DNA from: Syncephalis fuscata S228
Taxonomy: Eukaryota; Fungi; Zoopagomycota
Assembly: GCA_025786725.1 (NCBI GenBank)
Contig: JAHLTZ010000025.1
Span: 310,001 to 374,000 of the forward strand
DNA: 64,000 bases
Direction: 5' to 3'
Shown here: positions 12,727 through 25,987 of the stretch, one piece after another
Layout of the letters: each line of letters opens with the position of its first letter
Position numbering within the stretch: position 1 is the first letter of the stretch
Position numbers and translations under genes: made by a program
The notes under the pieces: generated by a model
Told to the model about the DNA's origin: nothing
Seen by the model: the letters and a program-made list of their open reading frames with translations, nothing else
Databases searched by the model: none

Positions 12727-14617
12727 GCTGTTTGTGTAGAGCGTGGAGCAGTTGTATACAGTCGCGTTGGTTAATAGCAATGCCTTGTGTAGTCAACCTA
12801 TAGTAATTGTTAAAGAAAGAGCTAAAAGCAAAGTAAAAGTGAACTGAGCAAATAAACGCGTTTTTTTCGCAATCAAACAAAAATAAACCATGACTCATCA
12901 AGCCATATTTCCTATAGCCATTATGTCACAGTGTAATGGTATTAAATTATGTTATGTAATGTGGACTGGTTGGTGAATTGTTATCAAATTGACTGTTTGT
13001 GGTATAGTCAATAATAAAGCTATTAAATTAGAACTAGAAAGTAATGCTCGAAGAGTGATACTGGATATTCATATATATTTGTATATAATTATCACAATTT
13101 TAATATGAAAGACTGCATTTCATACAATAAACAATTAATAAATGATAAATGAGATTGTACAAATAATTAAGCTGTTGTATTTAATGTTCTCAGTTTTGTG
13201 ATTGTTAATCACTTGTAGCAGACAAATATCGGTAAAATGGTCGTTTAAACAACAATAGAGAACATTTTGTCTAATTGTTAATCTATGTCTATGTAATCAG
13301 CTACTGCCCATTGTGACATTGGGAAGCATCAAAGTTGAGTTGCTATATTCTTGTCTCAAGATGAATGGCCAATGATGAGGAACGTGGCAAGTGTCATGCA
13401 ATAAGAACCAATGAAAATAATCACTTATACGATAAATGGCATGCATATACGAAAAAAGAAGCTAATAAAGTTTTACCAGTAAAATAGCTGGTATCTATTT
13501 TGAGTAAGCACACGTCTATTTAGATTACCGCAAAAAATAAGAAAAATAGCAATGCCAAAGTAAGCATTGCATTATAACATTATTACACCAGCCTATAGGA
13601 TAGAATGGGTGCATGATACACTGTGTGGTGTGTTTTAGTCAAAAGGCGTGGCTCCTGCTGTGCTGAGTAGATTTGTAATAGACATAAACATGTTATTCAC
13701 TACGCATGCATACTGCTTGTATAGCCAAGCAATGATTTACATTGGGATAACATTGGACATTAAATTGGCTGGAAACGAATTAACTAACTGGACTATTAAA
13801 AATAACTGCCAAAACAATTAGCAAGACATAAATGGAAAGACAGTTTCCGATAATACACACAATGATTGTTTCATCTATTGATAGATCTAAATGGCACGAG
13901 TCGGACTATTTAGCTTAGGCGGTGCATATTGCTTGATTACATCCAAGTGCAAAATAAACATATGATTAATCTTAAGCAAATGTAAAAAACTGCGTCTTAA
14001 TTACAATAATAAATATAGATTTGGATATTGATTATTAGATACAAGTGACTATATGTAACTTGTTTAACATTTAATTGACTCTGGATTGCAGACTACATAA
14101 ATAACTGAATATTTCACTATTTAAGCATAGCTATTTACAGCGATTTATGTTTATTGGCTGTCTGTAGAATAAAAATAGAACAGCATGAAGCTGTTAGGAA
14201 TTGTAAAAAATAAAAAGACCGCTTTAATGGCAATATTATCCGTATTGCTATCAATAAACCCAGTAAGTATATTTAACGTGGCTCTGAAACTTATCTCTGC
14301 CACAATTGGGCTTTACATTGGCAGTCAAACGGCAAATTTCTATGCCATGTGCTAATATGGCAATGTATCTACAAATATAAACATTTGCTTGCCTAATTAG
14401 TAAAAGTATGTTTGTAATCCCAAAAAGGATCTGAAACAATACCTTGACGTATATGGTATTCTACATGCAACATTGGTACAACTGAGTTTAAACACACAGC
14501 TATAAAACTCGCCACTTGATAATAATGTTTACTTGCTATTCTTCTCTACCACCCTTCTCAACCATTCAATTTCTACAAATTCACCTTTTGACGATATCTT
14601 GCTTAGACAATAGACTT

Positions 14618-16336
14618 ATGTGGATTTCTAAAGTAATCATCGTATTTTGCCTCTTGGCCGGTGCAGTGTTTGCATCACCAGTAGGAGGGAATAGCAAAGC
14701 TTTAACGATGAGCAGGTTCAGAATATTAAAACAACAGGGATATTCTTTAACCTCTGAGCGATTACAAAAAATCAAAAAAATGAGAGAACCCTTAACTCCT
14801 GACAGCTACAAGGACTGTCAAATTAAAAGGACTTTTTATAGACAATTTTAAGCAGTTACAAGCACTGTTAGAAATGAAAGGACGTCTCTAACCAATGGCA
14901 GTTACAAGGATTGCAACAAATGAAAGGAATTTTAACCTCTGAGCATTACAAAAATCAAAAAAACAAGAACCTTAACTCCTGAGCAGCTCAAGGACTGTCA
15001 AAATGAAAGGCTTTTTCTAACCAATTTGAGCAGTTACAAGCACTGTTAGAAATGGAAGGACTCCCTAACCAATGGGCAGTTACAAGAGTTGTCAAAATGA
15101 AAGGACCTTCTATAACCTTGATCATTACTAGCATTATCGCCTTATCGTAAGTATAATAATAATGGTGGCTCTATACTTAAATATTTTACTCTAACCTGCA
15201 TTTTATGCAGAAAACACACTTGCCGCTAAAGTCGAGCTTATGTACAATTTAAAACAGTTCCAACGGGACCTTTCTAAAATAGACTACACAGTTGTTGATA
15301 ATCCAGAATATAAATGGATCACAACTGGCGAAAATCCAGATCATAATATAGCTGATGTGTATTTCAAATACGGTAAAAATACTATTAGTACTGAATGCAC
15401 GGCTTTCACTGACTTTAAACGTATGGACTTGGTCAGAGAGGTAATACAATTTATTGTTTACTTAATATTCGCTCACATTGATTGATAGACTTTGAAAAAC
15501 TCACCAAATCGCAATAGTGATGGTCAACAATTTGTCGCTAAATTGGATCATAAACTAGTAATAGAAAAGAAATATTACTGCTTTGGCGACGAACGTTTAC
15601 CAAAGCAATCAATGGGTACATTTTTGATGAGTGAACCCGGATATCAAGCAATATACAACACAATTAGACAAGTTATTAGTGGTATGCGCTACTAATATAT
15701 TATAGTTACCATCGTTAACCATATAATTAGGTGCTGCTTATCTGCATCGAAACGGAATTGCTCATCGCTCAATTGATCTACATGGTAGGCCAATACTATA
15801 TATTTATTTTAGCTATCTACTGACAATTGTATAGCTGTCCAGATGGTGACTGATCCATCCAATGGGCTATATCCAAAAATTAGTCAATATCATGCAGCAG
15901 CAAAATTGGAATACGTGTCAAACGGCGTGGTAAAACCAATGCAAACCATAGCTAATGCTTTTGGTGCTTTACCGCCGGAATCATATGTGTTAAATCCAAA
16001 GTCTTCGCAATATGAACCAACTTTGATTGATTTGCGCAAAGCCGACACTTGGTCAATTGGATTGCTATTATTTAACGCAGTATACAATAGTAATTTCATC
16101 GATGGTATAATGAATCAATCCAAAAATACTCAAAAGAATATTTTAATATTTAAAACAATGAAACAAAGTAATATAGATGACATACTAGGATATGACGCAA
16201 AGACAGGCAAGACGGTTCATAATGAAAAGGGGGATCCACCTGTGGAAATTGTAGAAATGCTACGAACTCTTTTAAACCCGGATCCCAGTTTAGACCAACA
16301 CCAGAGGAATATTTGCAAAAGTATCCTAAGGGGTAA
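14618..16336 (+). CDS. Secreted kinase-fold pseudokinase with N-terminal 15-aa tandem repeats (indel-rich sequence)
   Basis: Signal peptide MWISKVIIVFCLLAGAVFA/SP. Kinase C-lobe motifs GAAYLHRNGIAHRSIDL, PKISQY, ADTWSIGLLLF, LRTLLNPDPSxRPTPEEYL (one base missing at ~16290, giving stop TAA 16334-16336). Confidence 0.7.
14747..15110 (+). repeat. Coding tandem repeat: ~45-bp units (LTxEQLQxLxxMKGP-like) arranged as two ~185-bp higher-order units
   Basis: TTAACCTCTGAGC...TTACAAAAAATCAAAAAAA recurs at 14747 and 14932; AAATGAAAGG and CAGTTACAAG recur about every 45 bp. Confidence 0.85.
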
Positions 16337-17366
16337 AAGTATCTTTGGGAGTTACAGGATGGTTCAAGAATTTATCAATCAAATAAATAAATTGAAATCC
16401 TATGGCGTAACAATATAAACGACCAATATAGAACGTAGACTGGTGCTGATAATTGGAAATCCACATTCCAAGCATTTGACATTTATTTGTACAGCACCTA
16501 TAACCAAATCTACAATAAATACATAGTTTTCTAAATACAAGTCTACCATATCGATTATGTGTTATTACATCTACACTAATAGTTACAATTTTACTAGTCT
16601 ATAGCCAATAGCATCATAAAACAATTGTTGCTATTAGTCTATAAAACTATTAATGTAATTAGTTGCTATATAAATTGCTGCAATAATCATTGGACGGTAT
16701 TAAAAATATTGTTTCTTCACTTATTCAGTATGCAAATCTTTCCTAAAATAATCAACTTAATAGCGTATCGAGTAAAAGGTTTTATCCAAAATAACACTTA
16801 GTTTATGACCAACTTTTGATTTGCTTCTACTATTAGTTGATATCATACTATGATATGATTATTGCCGGATGTTTAGTTCAATGTAGATTGCACATTTGCC
16901 TCATATCTTTTATGGCTATTTCTCTATCTATAATGGATATATAACTGCTTACTAACAAATTAGTTCTTCGAGACGTGTTGTAGTATTGATAGATTCATTA
17001 CTATTTGGAGCTGAAGGTAGTCTTAGCAGCTTTTCCGTATTGAATGTATTCGGCGTGACAAAGCATCGTTGTAGTTTTAATCTTTTCTTCCATTTTAAAT
17101 CCATTTATCACACTTGCCGTGCAAATACAATACGCCAATATTAACAGTAATAGTAGTAGTAGAAATGACAGCAATAGTGCAATAAAGACACAGTCCTGAT
17201 GCTACACTTGTTTTTTATTCAGATCCAACAAAAACACTCATTTCTTACTTTCTAATAAGTATATATATTTAGTAGTTGATTATTTATTGCTTATTGTTTT
17301 GTTGTTTTATTTGTATCAATTACCCACACAGTAGCAAAAGCTGTTACGGCACATACTGATGAACAT

Positions 17367-18175
17367 ATTCTATGATAATGAGTAGTTTGTGATTAAATGA
17401 CTTTTATTCTCAATGCCTTATTTCTTTACTATTAATCTGTTTGTGATGTACCGACATGTTGGGGATTGACTTTTATTATCTACACTCCATTTATTAATGA
17501 ATTAAACTCGGCTGTTTATAAATATTGACTGACAGGACCACATCTCACAATCTACGTCATCACATTTCCTTTCTCTTTCTTCACACTTGACAATATATAT
17601 CCATTGCATATACTTGTACACTCCATATATACTAACTACATAGTGTTAGAAGTTGATTATTAGTTAGGTACAAACGCCTTCTACAATATGTACTTGCATT
17701 GCTCTTTTGTACTGACCTTTTTTGCAAATCATTACTCCGATCATTGCTTTTGGCAGCTTTATTGGCACGTTAAGTGCATTCCTGGCTTGTTTTTATGATA
17801 TTTGAGCATATGCTGTGAAAATCTCGTTGTATGCTTTGTTGTTACTATTGATCACAACTGCAGGTTATCCGGCAGCAATGTATGCAATCTTGATAGTCGT
17901 AGTGCGATCTACTACTGTCAATACTGTACAAACTGTTGCCAGTGCGATCTGCAGCGATGATCTATGGCAAAGCAAATTATACGGTGATTTGGCAGTATAT
18001 AGCCACTGCAATTGTCGTGTACGTCTGCTGTACACGCACGACAGTAGCAATGTAGAAAGCACTGCTAGTGTAAACACTAAATAAGTATCAGCGCAAGTAA
18101 AGCAGTGTAATATGCTATTATTACTACTGCTGTTGTATGCTCTGCTCAGCACAGTAACTGTGTTGGCTATATGTC
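17367..18175 (+). repeat. Dispersed non-coding repeat family, copy B
   Basis: Starts with the subterminal motif TTCTATGATAATGAGTAGTTTGTGATTAAATGACTTTTATT. Colinear with the reverse complement of copy C over ~800 bp and contains the palindrome 17806-18003. Confidence 0.85.
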
Positions 18176-19290
18176 CGTCAACTTTTCATTGATTGTCTTC
18201 TTTTTTGCTCTCTTCCGCCAGCCGAATAATCTTATTTATCAATATTGCTTTTGACGAGTAGCCAAGCGTGGCTTAACGATGTTACATCGACAGCTTGATT
18301 ATAATGTTATTTTTCCTGAACTGGTACTGTAATTGGTGTCAGCATTTATGAGTGATTGTTAGTTACATACTTTCTGGCTATATATACTACCAGTTTATAT
18401 TTTAAACACGCGTCAATGCTTTAAAATTTTAAATAAAATTGCTGTATTTAATTAAATTGATATAATATCTGTAAGCATAAATGATAGCATGCAAATAGCT
18501 GTATACGCCTTTATTGCTAGTTGCTTGAAAGTGGCACTAACTAATGTCAAGTTGTTACTGACGTGCGACTGAGACTGCTACGCAATAAACATTCGTTTTT
18601 GCCTTGTAGCATTGGTCCTTTTGCCTAGTTTTTGCCATTATGATTGCATTGGCGTGGTTTTAAAAATAAATAGTTGTAACAATGATAAGCATACTATGAT
18701 ATAGTTAATAACCACGATATGCATCTAGATGTAGTCTTTATAGTATATTTGTATATGTATTTGTATATGTATTTGTATATGTAGTTAGCATAAATGGCTT
18801 CATAAAGCTATTTAAACAACATAGTGCACCAAAGTGATAGTGAAATAGCAACGCAAAAAGTAATCAATAGCCATTAACAAGTCGAATGTTTATTAGATTG
18901 TTTATTATTCCAACTGGTAAGCAAAAAGTACCAATAAGCTATTTAATATATTGAACAGAATCAGCAACCAAAGATTTAATAAAATTGATATTTAAATCAT
19001 GCATTTTAGTTAAATTTGCTATTTTAAATTGGTTTATCTGCTTTGCTGGATAGATAGACTGCCATATAGAAAACTGTGTTAGCTGGCTTTATATTGCCTT
19101 ATTATTAGCTATGTTTAAAATGATAGCTTTATTTAACACTAATAAAGTGTATTAGTTTCTAGTCTCATTTTATTTAAATAAAACAAATTTAAATATAGCA
19201 TAATGATAAACACGGAATGAAATTAACAAGTAGTTTTATTTAATTAATATAATAATAGACGTAATATAAAATTAAAAACAATTAAATATG

Positions 19291-21195
19291 TTATTTCTTA
19301 GCACATTCAATTGGCATGGTAAAGTCTTCTAATACCTTTGTATCAAAACCGACACTACCCAATGCTTTAAAGCCCACACCACGTTTGGTAAATGCAGCCC
19401 ATATTTCACACTTGTTTGTACCTTTTGTTAGTTGTTGATCTGCTTGAATAATAGCATCGCGAGCTGAAACAAATGTAGGATGACAAGGCTGTAGCTTGAG
19501 TCCACTTAATACCAGTTTGATGGCCAGTGTGTTGCCTTTTGTAATATCTGCTGAATAAACATTACTGTTGAATCCATATTTATCCACCAGATTCCAATAC
19601 ATCTCGTATAAAATGTTGGCCCATATTTCACCAATATTATGAGCACTATACCATACAGAAGTAAATACTAACCCATAGGTAGTAGGATTGATAGATTTGT
19701 CCGTAGAATATGGATGCAAACGCAAGCTTTTAAGATTGCCATACTCTGCTAGCGTTTTTTGCGTATTCCGTGTATCAGTCGACTTCATCATAAAAGCTAT
19801 TGCAAAAAAATCACTCCATCCTTCGTTCATACCATTGCCTTCTCCCCAGGCTAAACAGTCACCGTTGGATGATCCGCCGGTTAAGCGACTGGAAACGCCA
19901 TGCGAATACTCATGAATAATGATATCATTCATAAAAGCACCGTCACGTTTTGGTGTTGTTTTATCCCACAAATAGATACTTAATGTGCCAATCTGACCAT
20001 CGGGTAGCGCAGTGAAATAAGCATCGTCGAAGCTTTCGGGATCCTGGGCATTTACAACGACTGGATCGTTACCAAGGCCGCCTTTGTCAAAATTTTCTTG
20101 TTGAAAGTTACCGGCTGCTTCATCAAAGCCGTAACGATAAAATATGTCGTGGAGAACATTAGTAACGTAAAATAAGTTGGTAATTGCTGCTGCTTATAAT
20201 ACTTGGATCTTTGGTCAAGTCTATTGGATAGTCAAATGTGAGATTGCAGATGCAGGCTGGGTAGCCTCCATCTTGTTGCGCCAGTCTTCAGGCGCTAATG
20301 CGTATATGTTGTTTCCGCTCGTGGTATCTGTTGTTTCACCGCAAAGGTGTGCCATCCATTAGGTGATGCAGTTTTATCTTCGGGATTGGTTATAAGCGTT
20401 CTATTACTTGAATTAAAATCTTTTTCTGACCATTTAAGTGCTTTATAGGATGCTGCAGAAGTCCAATCGGTAAGCGAGACGATACACTTGCCATCTGCAG
20501 CTACATGGGCATGAAAGTAATTGCCTTCCATGTTTACAAAAAACTCCCAAACTGCCCTTAATTGCTCATCTTTAGTGTGAATATAGGCTTGTTGGGCAAT
20601 GACACTGTCTTTTGTAAATGAAACGCCCTTAAGCGCAAATCGCTGGCCTTTATTCCTTCCACAGTCTGCGACTGTTTCCTTGATATCTACTATATTTAGC
20701 GGCTTTTTAATGTAGTCAGCCAGAGCTTTAAAGGCAACAACTGGCCTTACAAATGATGCGAGGCTTCTCCGTCCCACATTTGTCGCTTCAACGTATCAGC
20801 ACCATGGTATAATCCATCACTGAATGCGATAACGTTACCATGCGTATCAACATGAACTGCAATATCGCCATTTGTCAATTCAATACCTTTGACAACTTGC
20901 TTTAAATAGACATGAGTAACGCCAAGATCGTTACTGTGTATGAGTTTTTGATAGTAAGGCTACAGCTGGTCGCGTTAAGACGGCTACGTGCATAGTTCAG
21001 AGCAACTTCTTTTAAGTTGGTTGGTGTACCTAAAAACTTCTGACTGCATAGTATCCCTGGAGAGGTTGCAGACATGGCATAAGTTGGAGTTGGACCTGGC
21101 TGAATAAGCGGTACATTAATTCGCTTTGCCAATGTGATATTGACTATGGTTGCAATAGCTAATAAAAGCATAAACAATCGAATAGTCAGTTTCAT
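19291..21195 (-). CDS. Fungalysin (M36) extracellular metalloproteinase, apparently intronless, with about 3 apparent frameshifts
   Basis: Signal peptide MKLTIRLFMLLLAIATIVNITLA; FTP-type prodomain (VYLKQVVKGIELTNGDIAVHVD); ASPNGWH, AAITNLFYVTNVLHDIFYRYGFDEAAGNFQ, HEYSH zinc motif, GMNEGWSDFFA, LQPCHPTFVSARDAII. Confidence 0.93.
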
Positions 21196-21948
21196 AGCGT
21201 TATTTGAGTTGTAAATCAAAATTGAATAATGGCATAAATAAATATGTAATGCAAAAATGAAGTTATGCTAAATAGTGTATATTAATATTGCTCGAGTTAG
21301 GTAACGGTATATATATATATGTATATAGCTATTGTAATAGGCATATGCTTTATTGTTGGAAATTTCGTTAAACAGGCCTTGAGCAATTTTTGGTTTTGAA
21401 TAGTCCAAAACAACACAAGGTGGCAAACTACCAAATTGTGCTTCTTATTATAGATATCTTTACCTCGTGTTATTCAATTTAATTTAACTTAAATGTTAAG
21501 AAATCGATGCTTTTATACTTTTAAAAATCAAACAAGTATTTAATTTAGTACATTTAAAGCTTGAAATAATTGTATAAAACCAAATATACTATAATTTATA
21601 GTATCGTAGATTGTGTAATTAAAATTAATCAAATACTTTAAATAGTTGGTTAGTACAAGTACACATAAATATGCATATGTATTCTATTTTATTTATTACT
21701 AGCATTTTTCTATTTATTATATTTTATTGTAAGTAATATGAGATACTATTTAAGATCTATTTCTATATTGAAAATTGTACGAACTGGCTCGACTTTACTT
21801 GAATTAATCGGAGTTGATATAGCGCCAGTTCAACAAATCAATTTCCAGTATTAAAAATTGATTGACAATTTAATATTCAGAAATAAGTTATTGATATTTT
21901 TTGCCCCTATTTGAAGCTAAAGGGCACAAAGTAAATCTCAACCATTGT

Positions 21949-24900
21949 TTATTTTAACATAATCTCGTATAGGCGAACTGAGTGATCTTGTCCGCAGGTA
22001 GCCAACTGCAATAAAGTGTCATTTGAATGTCGCCACAGTAATCCTTGAACTGTTGATCCATGTGCCAAACTGTTTATACATATTTAGAATATCATAATTA
22101 ATAATACATGTATATTTGCCTGCTGGGTACTTGGCCTATTTCGCTCCACTGCTGACTTTGGCATTTGATTGGTAAAATATAATAGAGCCATCTTCAAGAC
22201 CCACACCTAATAGATATCTGTGCGTACACAATCATTAATAAACGTATATATTCCCCTACCGTTATATACACACCCATCGACTATTTCTTTATTGGCAGGG
22301 GCAAAATCAATTGCTGTAATGCTGTGATTGCATTGCAACACGGCCACTGGCTGCCATACCATATCCGTGGTAGAATCCGTTTGCTGTTGTTGCCATACCT
22401 TTATCTAATGTATATATTCCATTAATTATTAGTGCTTTAAAACCAACTAAAATATTAGCTACCGTTTTATCACGAGAAGCTGTAGCAAAGTAACGACCAT
22501 CATGCGACCAGCTAGCATCCCAAATAATACGAGAATGTGCTTTTACACCTTTAGCTGCCAGCTGATAAGGTTCTACGTGTAAACAATAGAATAAGGACAT
22601 GAATAACAACTAGTCTAATTATACACATACTTTCATCGCTTTGTGTGCGAGCAAACAAAGTCCACGATCTGTCGCGTGATACTGTTAGTAAGAAGCGATC
22701 ATCTGGTGAAAATCTAATTTTTGTAATTGTTAATGCATGAGAGGCTAATTGATTTGGTAGCTCCTTCCATGTATTTGTATCAAATAGTCGCACTACAGCA
22801 TGCTCAGGGCCAGTAGCCTTTAACGGCAATGTTACTAAATCAATATTATATTATACGTAAGAATAGCTTACACGACATGCGGTGGCCAAATAACGACCAT
22901 CGTGAGATGCAGCAATAGTTATAATTTCAAAGCCATGGCCATAACTAAGTATATAAGCCACATTAGTATCAGATTTGGCATTAAAGACTATTATAGAATT
23001 GCTTACAGTTTTTCTGTTTCTGGCCACAATGTCAACTGCTGCAATTGCTCATCTAGCGGTGGCCGTTGTGGTAATTCGTCTGACGACCCAGGCACACGAG
23101 AAAGTGCATAACTTTGACCACGGAAAGCACCTTGATCCACAAGATCCATCGTTTCATCGTTATCATCTCCTTCCAGCATGCTACCATCGCCGTGAGATGT
23201 TACTGCTTTGTTAGAAAGGCCTAGTGGAGGGAGATTAGCAGCAGCCGGTCGACTTTCCTATAGATATATATAATATTAGCTAATTAATAAAACACTTTTG
23301 CTATTGCTATTAATGGCTATTATATTGAATACATACTGCGTCAGACAATAGATCCGAGTGCTCTGTTAATGAAGCTAGAGAGCGCACAAAGGAAGCCGGT
23401 GCGTCAAATACACGCACTACCTAAATATCCTATTAAACATCTATAGCATGGCTTCTGTATGCTAACTGACCTTTTCGTCGGCACCACTAGCAAATTGATA
23501 ATCGCCAGTAAATGCAGCACATTGTAAATCGTATCCGTGAACTTGTGGCCTAGCTATTTCATACCAGCCTAGTTGTGTCCCATTCTTGCTCCACGGCCCA
23601 AATAGTCTAGTTGTTTGATCCAAGCTGTATGATACATCCGCCAGTTATATTTTACCCATTCACGCAATATCTAATTCACTAACCTAGTACTAAGCAAATA
23701 TTGACCTTTTGGATGCCACGCAATGCCTTGAGCAGATTTGAAATGACCACTAATGCACACTTGCGGCTCCCATTGCTCTATTGTATCTATAATTTATTGC
23801 TGTTAGATTCAACGCCATAATCTACAATCAGCAATTTACCTTGCTCGTCATGTAAACGTGACCATAAATGAATGCTCCATGATAGTCATGTGCTAGAATG
23901 CTACTACCGTCCACATTAAATAAAGCGCCATAGAATCCAAGTGATGTGCCGCCAATATCGCCGACACGTGACTTGTTTACAGCTGTTAGTGCTATCTACA
24001 GTCATCGCTACTGTATCTTACCTGTGGTAGCCAAACACCAGTTGCTTCATCGGGTGACCATAAAATAGCTGATTTATCAGCAGAAGCCGATAATAAACGC
24101 ATAGGTTGCATTAAAGATCCGTCTAACAAATATGGTATTAATATTAATTAACTCGTTAATTATTTAATCTCAATATATTACCTGAATTACAAACTCGTGG
24201 ATGCCAGCAAACACTGTATACCCAGTCATCATGCCCTTGCAATACTGCCTCCAGCATGACAGAAAACCGTAGTTGATCTCTGCAGTAAAATATTAGCCAT
24301 CATTCAAATAAATCATAAATCGGCTTACTCGTGACTTTTAAGCGAATCAGATAGCTCAAATAAAAATGCTTGTGTACTGAGTTGAGCTCCATCTCCTCTC
24401 TATTATCATTATCATTATCATTATTATTATTTAAACTTATAATAATTAGTTGCAAGTGTTAACTTACAAGGCAGTCTTTCGTAGTGTATCTAATAAAGAT
24501 TCCATAGCATCTACTTGTTCGATTTTATTTTCTGCTTTCTCCTCTGACTCTGCAACAATTGAAGAAAGACGCCACAAGCGAATATATCGATCCTGTGATG
24601 CACTGGCCAATAGCAATTCAGGTGTTTCTGTGTTATCCGCTTGTACAAATTGCAAATCACGAATCCAATCAGTGTGGCCCTGTAACTGTAACTTTCTAAT
24701 AAACTATATTCTACTATTAGCCTAATATTTTTTACACGTTTCTGTTAATTACCTGATCATCCTGTAGTGTGTATAATGAAATACGGAAATCTGTACCGGC
24801 TGACACCAGCACAGGCACTAAAAGCACTGATAAATAATTGATACATTTTTGATGATTTCCCTAGTTACCTTGTGTACCAGGTAGCTGTGCTAATGCTAGT

Positions 24901-25597
24901 GCTGTGGCATACCGATCGCCCACTTGAATAGTTTGTAGCCACCTACCCACTACAAGTATTCTGTACATTAGTATTGTATGAGTATAGATTGAGCATACTT
25001 ACCACCAGCATGATCAATGGCCATATACAGATTGTGCCATCCGAAGCGGCGAAGCCAGTATATGTTCTTGACTTGGTCCATAGACCGATGGAAGCACTGC
25101 AATAGTAGATACTGAAGCCGAGTGTTTATCTAGTATACTTGTGCATTTCCACTATTCAATTTAATTCAGTATTTTCTTAAACTGCTATGTCATTTTTATG
25201 TATTATTTATTATATATTTACCTCAGTATCAGATTGCGCATCAAGTTGTTGCCAAACACGAATTGTATTATCGGCAGCAGCCGATACAACACTTTCCACA
25301 CCGTTATCAGCTATTATTTGTCAATAACTTACTAATAAACAATTACTAACTTTGCAACCTACCCGTAGCAATAAATGACACGGCGTTGATACGTCCTTGG
25401 TGGCCGTGCAAGGTGGTAAACACACCTCGACCACACGGATTCAGAGTGTCGCCATTGTCTTTATTGGTAGGCACAGACAATAACGCGATTGACTGATCTG
25501 CTCCATAGGCTACAAGCCCATTGGACGCCCAGGCTGCAACACCGCAAAGTGGATTGCAGCCAACGGCAATCAGTGAGTTAGTGACGTGGACGGTCAT
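21949..25597 (-). CDS. ELP2: Elongator complex protein 2 (WD40 repeat), many introns
   Basis: [13 protein letters not shown]...[112 protein letters not shown]. Confidence 0.95.
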
Positions 25598-25811
25598 AGT
25601 AAACTTGAATAGACGACTGAACAAACAGATACTAATAATTGTAATACTGGCTGGTTTTTTAATTATTTTTATTCAACTGCTAAGCCACGTGATACCGTAT
25701 TGTGTCCCACAATATCGGATTTGGCAGTGTGGCCTCCACACAGCGAATCAATAAGGCAGTCTACTTGGATTCCTTACAACGCAAAAAAACCATGTTTGCA
25801 ATAAAGCGCTG

Positions 25812-25987
25812 ATGTTGATGGATCACTTGAGGTTACGACTTCAAGGACCAATGAAGCACCTCAGTCGTCAAGCTAACAGAGAACAAGACCACCATGAGTG
25901 AGAGGTATCGGTTGGGTGCGGTCCGGTTTTAGTAAGTCCTTCGTGTCTTTACAATGAGCCGAGAGCGCAATAACGGGTACCACAGTA
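25812..25987 (+). ncRNA. Candidate box H/ACA snoRNA transcribed divergently from ELP2
   Basis: GC-rich non-coding island. 5' hairpin (CTTGA..TCAAG, TGAGGT..ACCTCA, CTTCA..TGAAG) is followed directly by H box AGAGAA (25878-25883). 3' hairpin (GGTATC..GGTACC, TGCG..CGCA, CGGTTT..GAGCCG) is followed directly by ACA (25982-25984), after which the sequence turns AT-rich. G-U wobbles favour the + strand. Confidence 0.6.

Noticed and set aside
16990-17241. Hydrophobic Leu-rich minus-strand frame resembling a membrane peptide
   Set aside because: No in-frame ATG, and the Leu run derives from (TAG)n simple sequence.
19291-21195. M36 as a pseudogene or programmed frameshift
   Set aside because: All catalytic motifs are intact and the same indel pattern affects housekeeping genes, pointing to assembly error.
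21781-21950. Two small hairpins downstream of ELP2 (GAACTGGC/GCCAGTTC; TGCCCCT/AGGGCA)
   Set aside because: No convincing H or C/D boxes, and they lie within the probable ELP2 3' UTR; could be chance.
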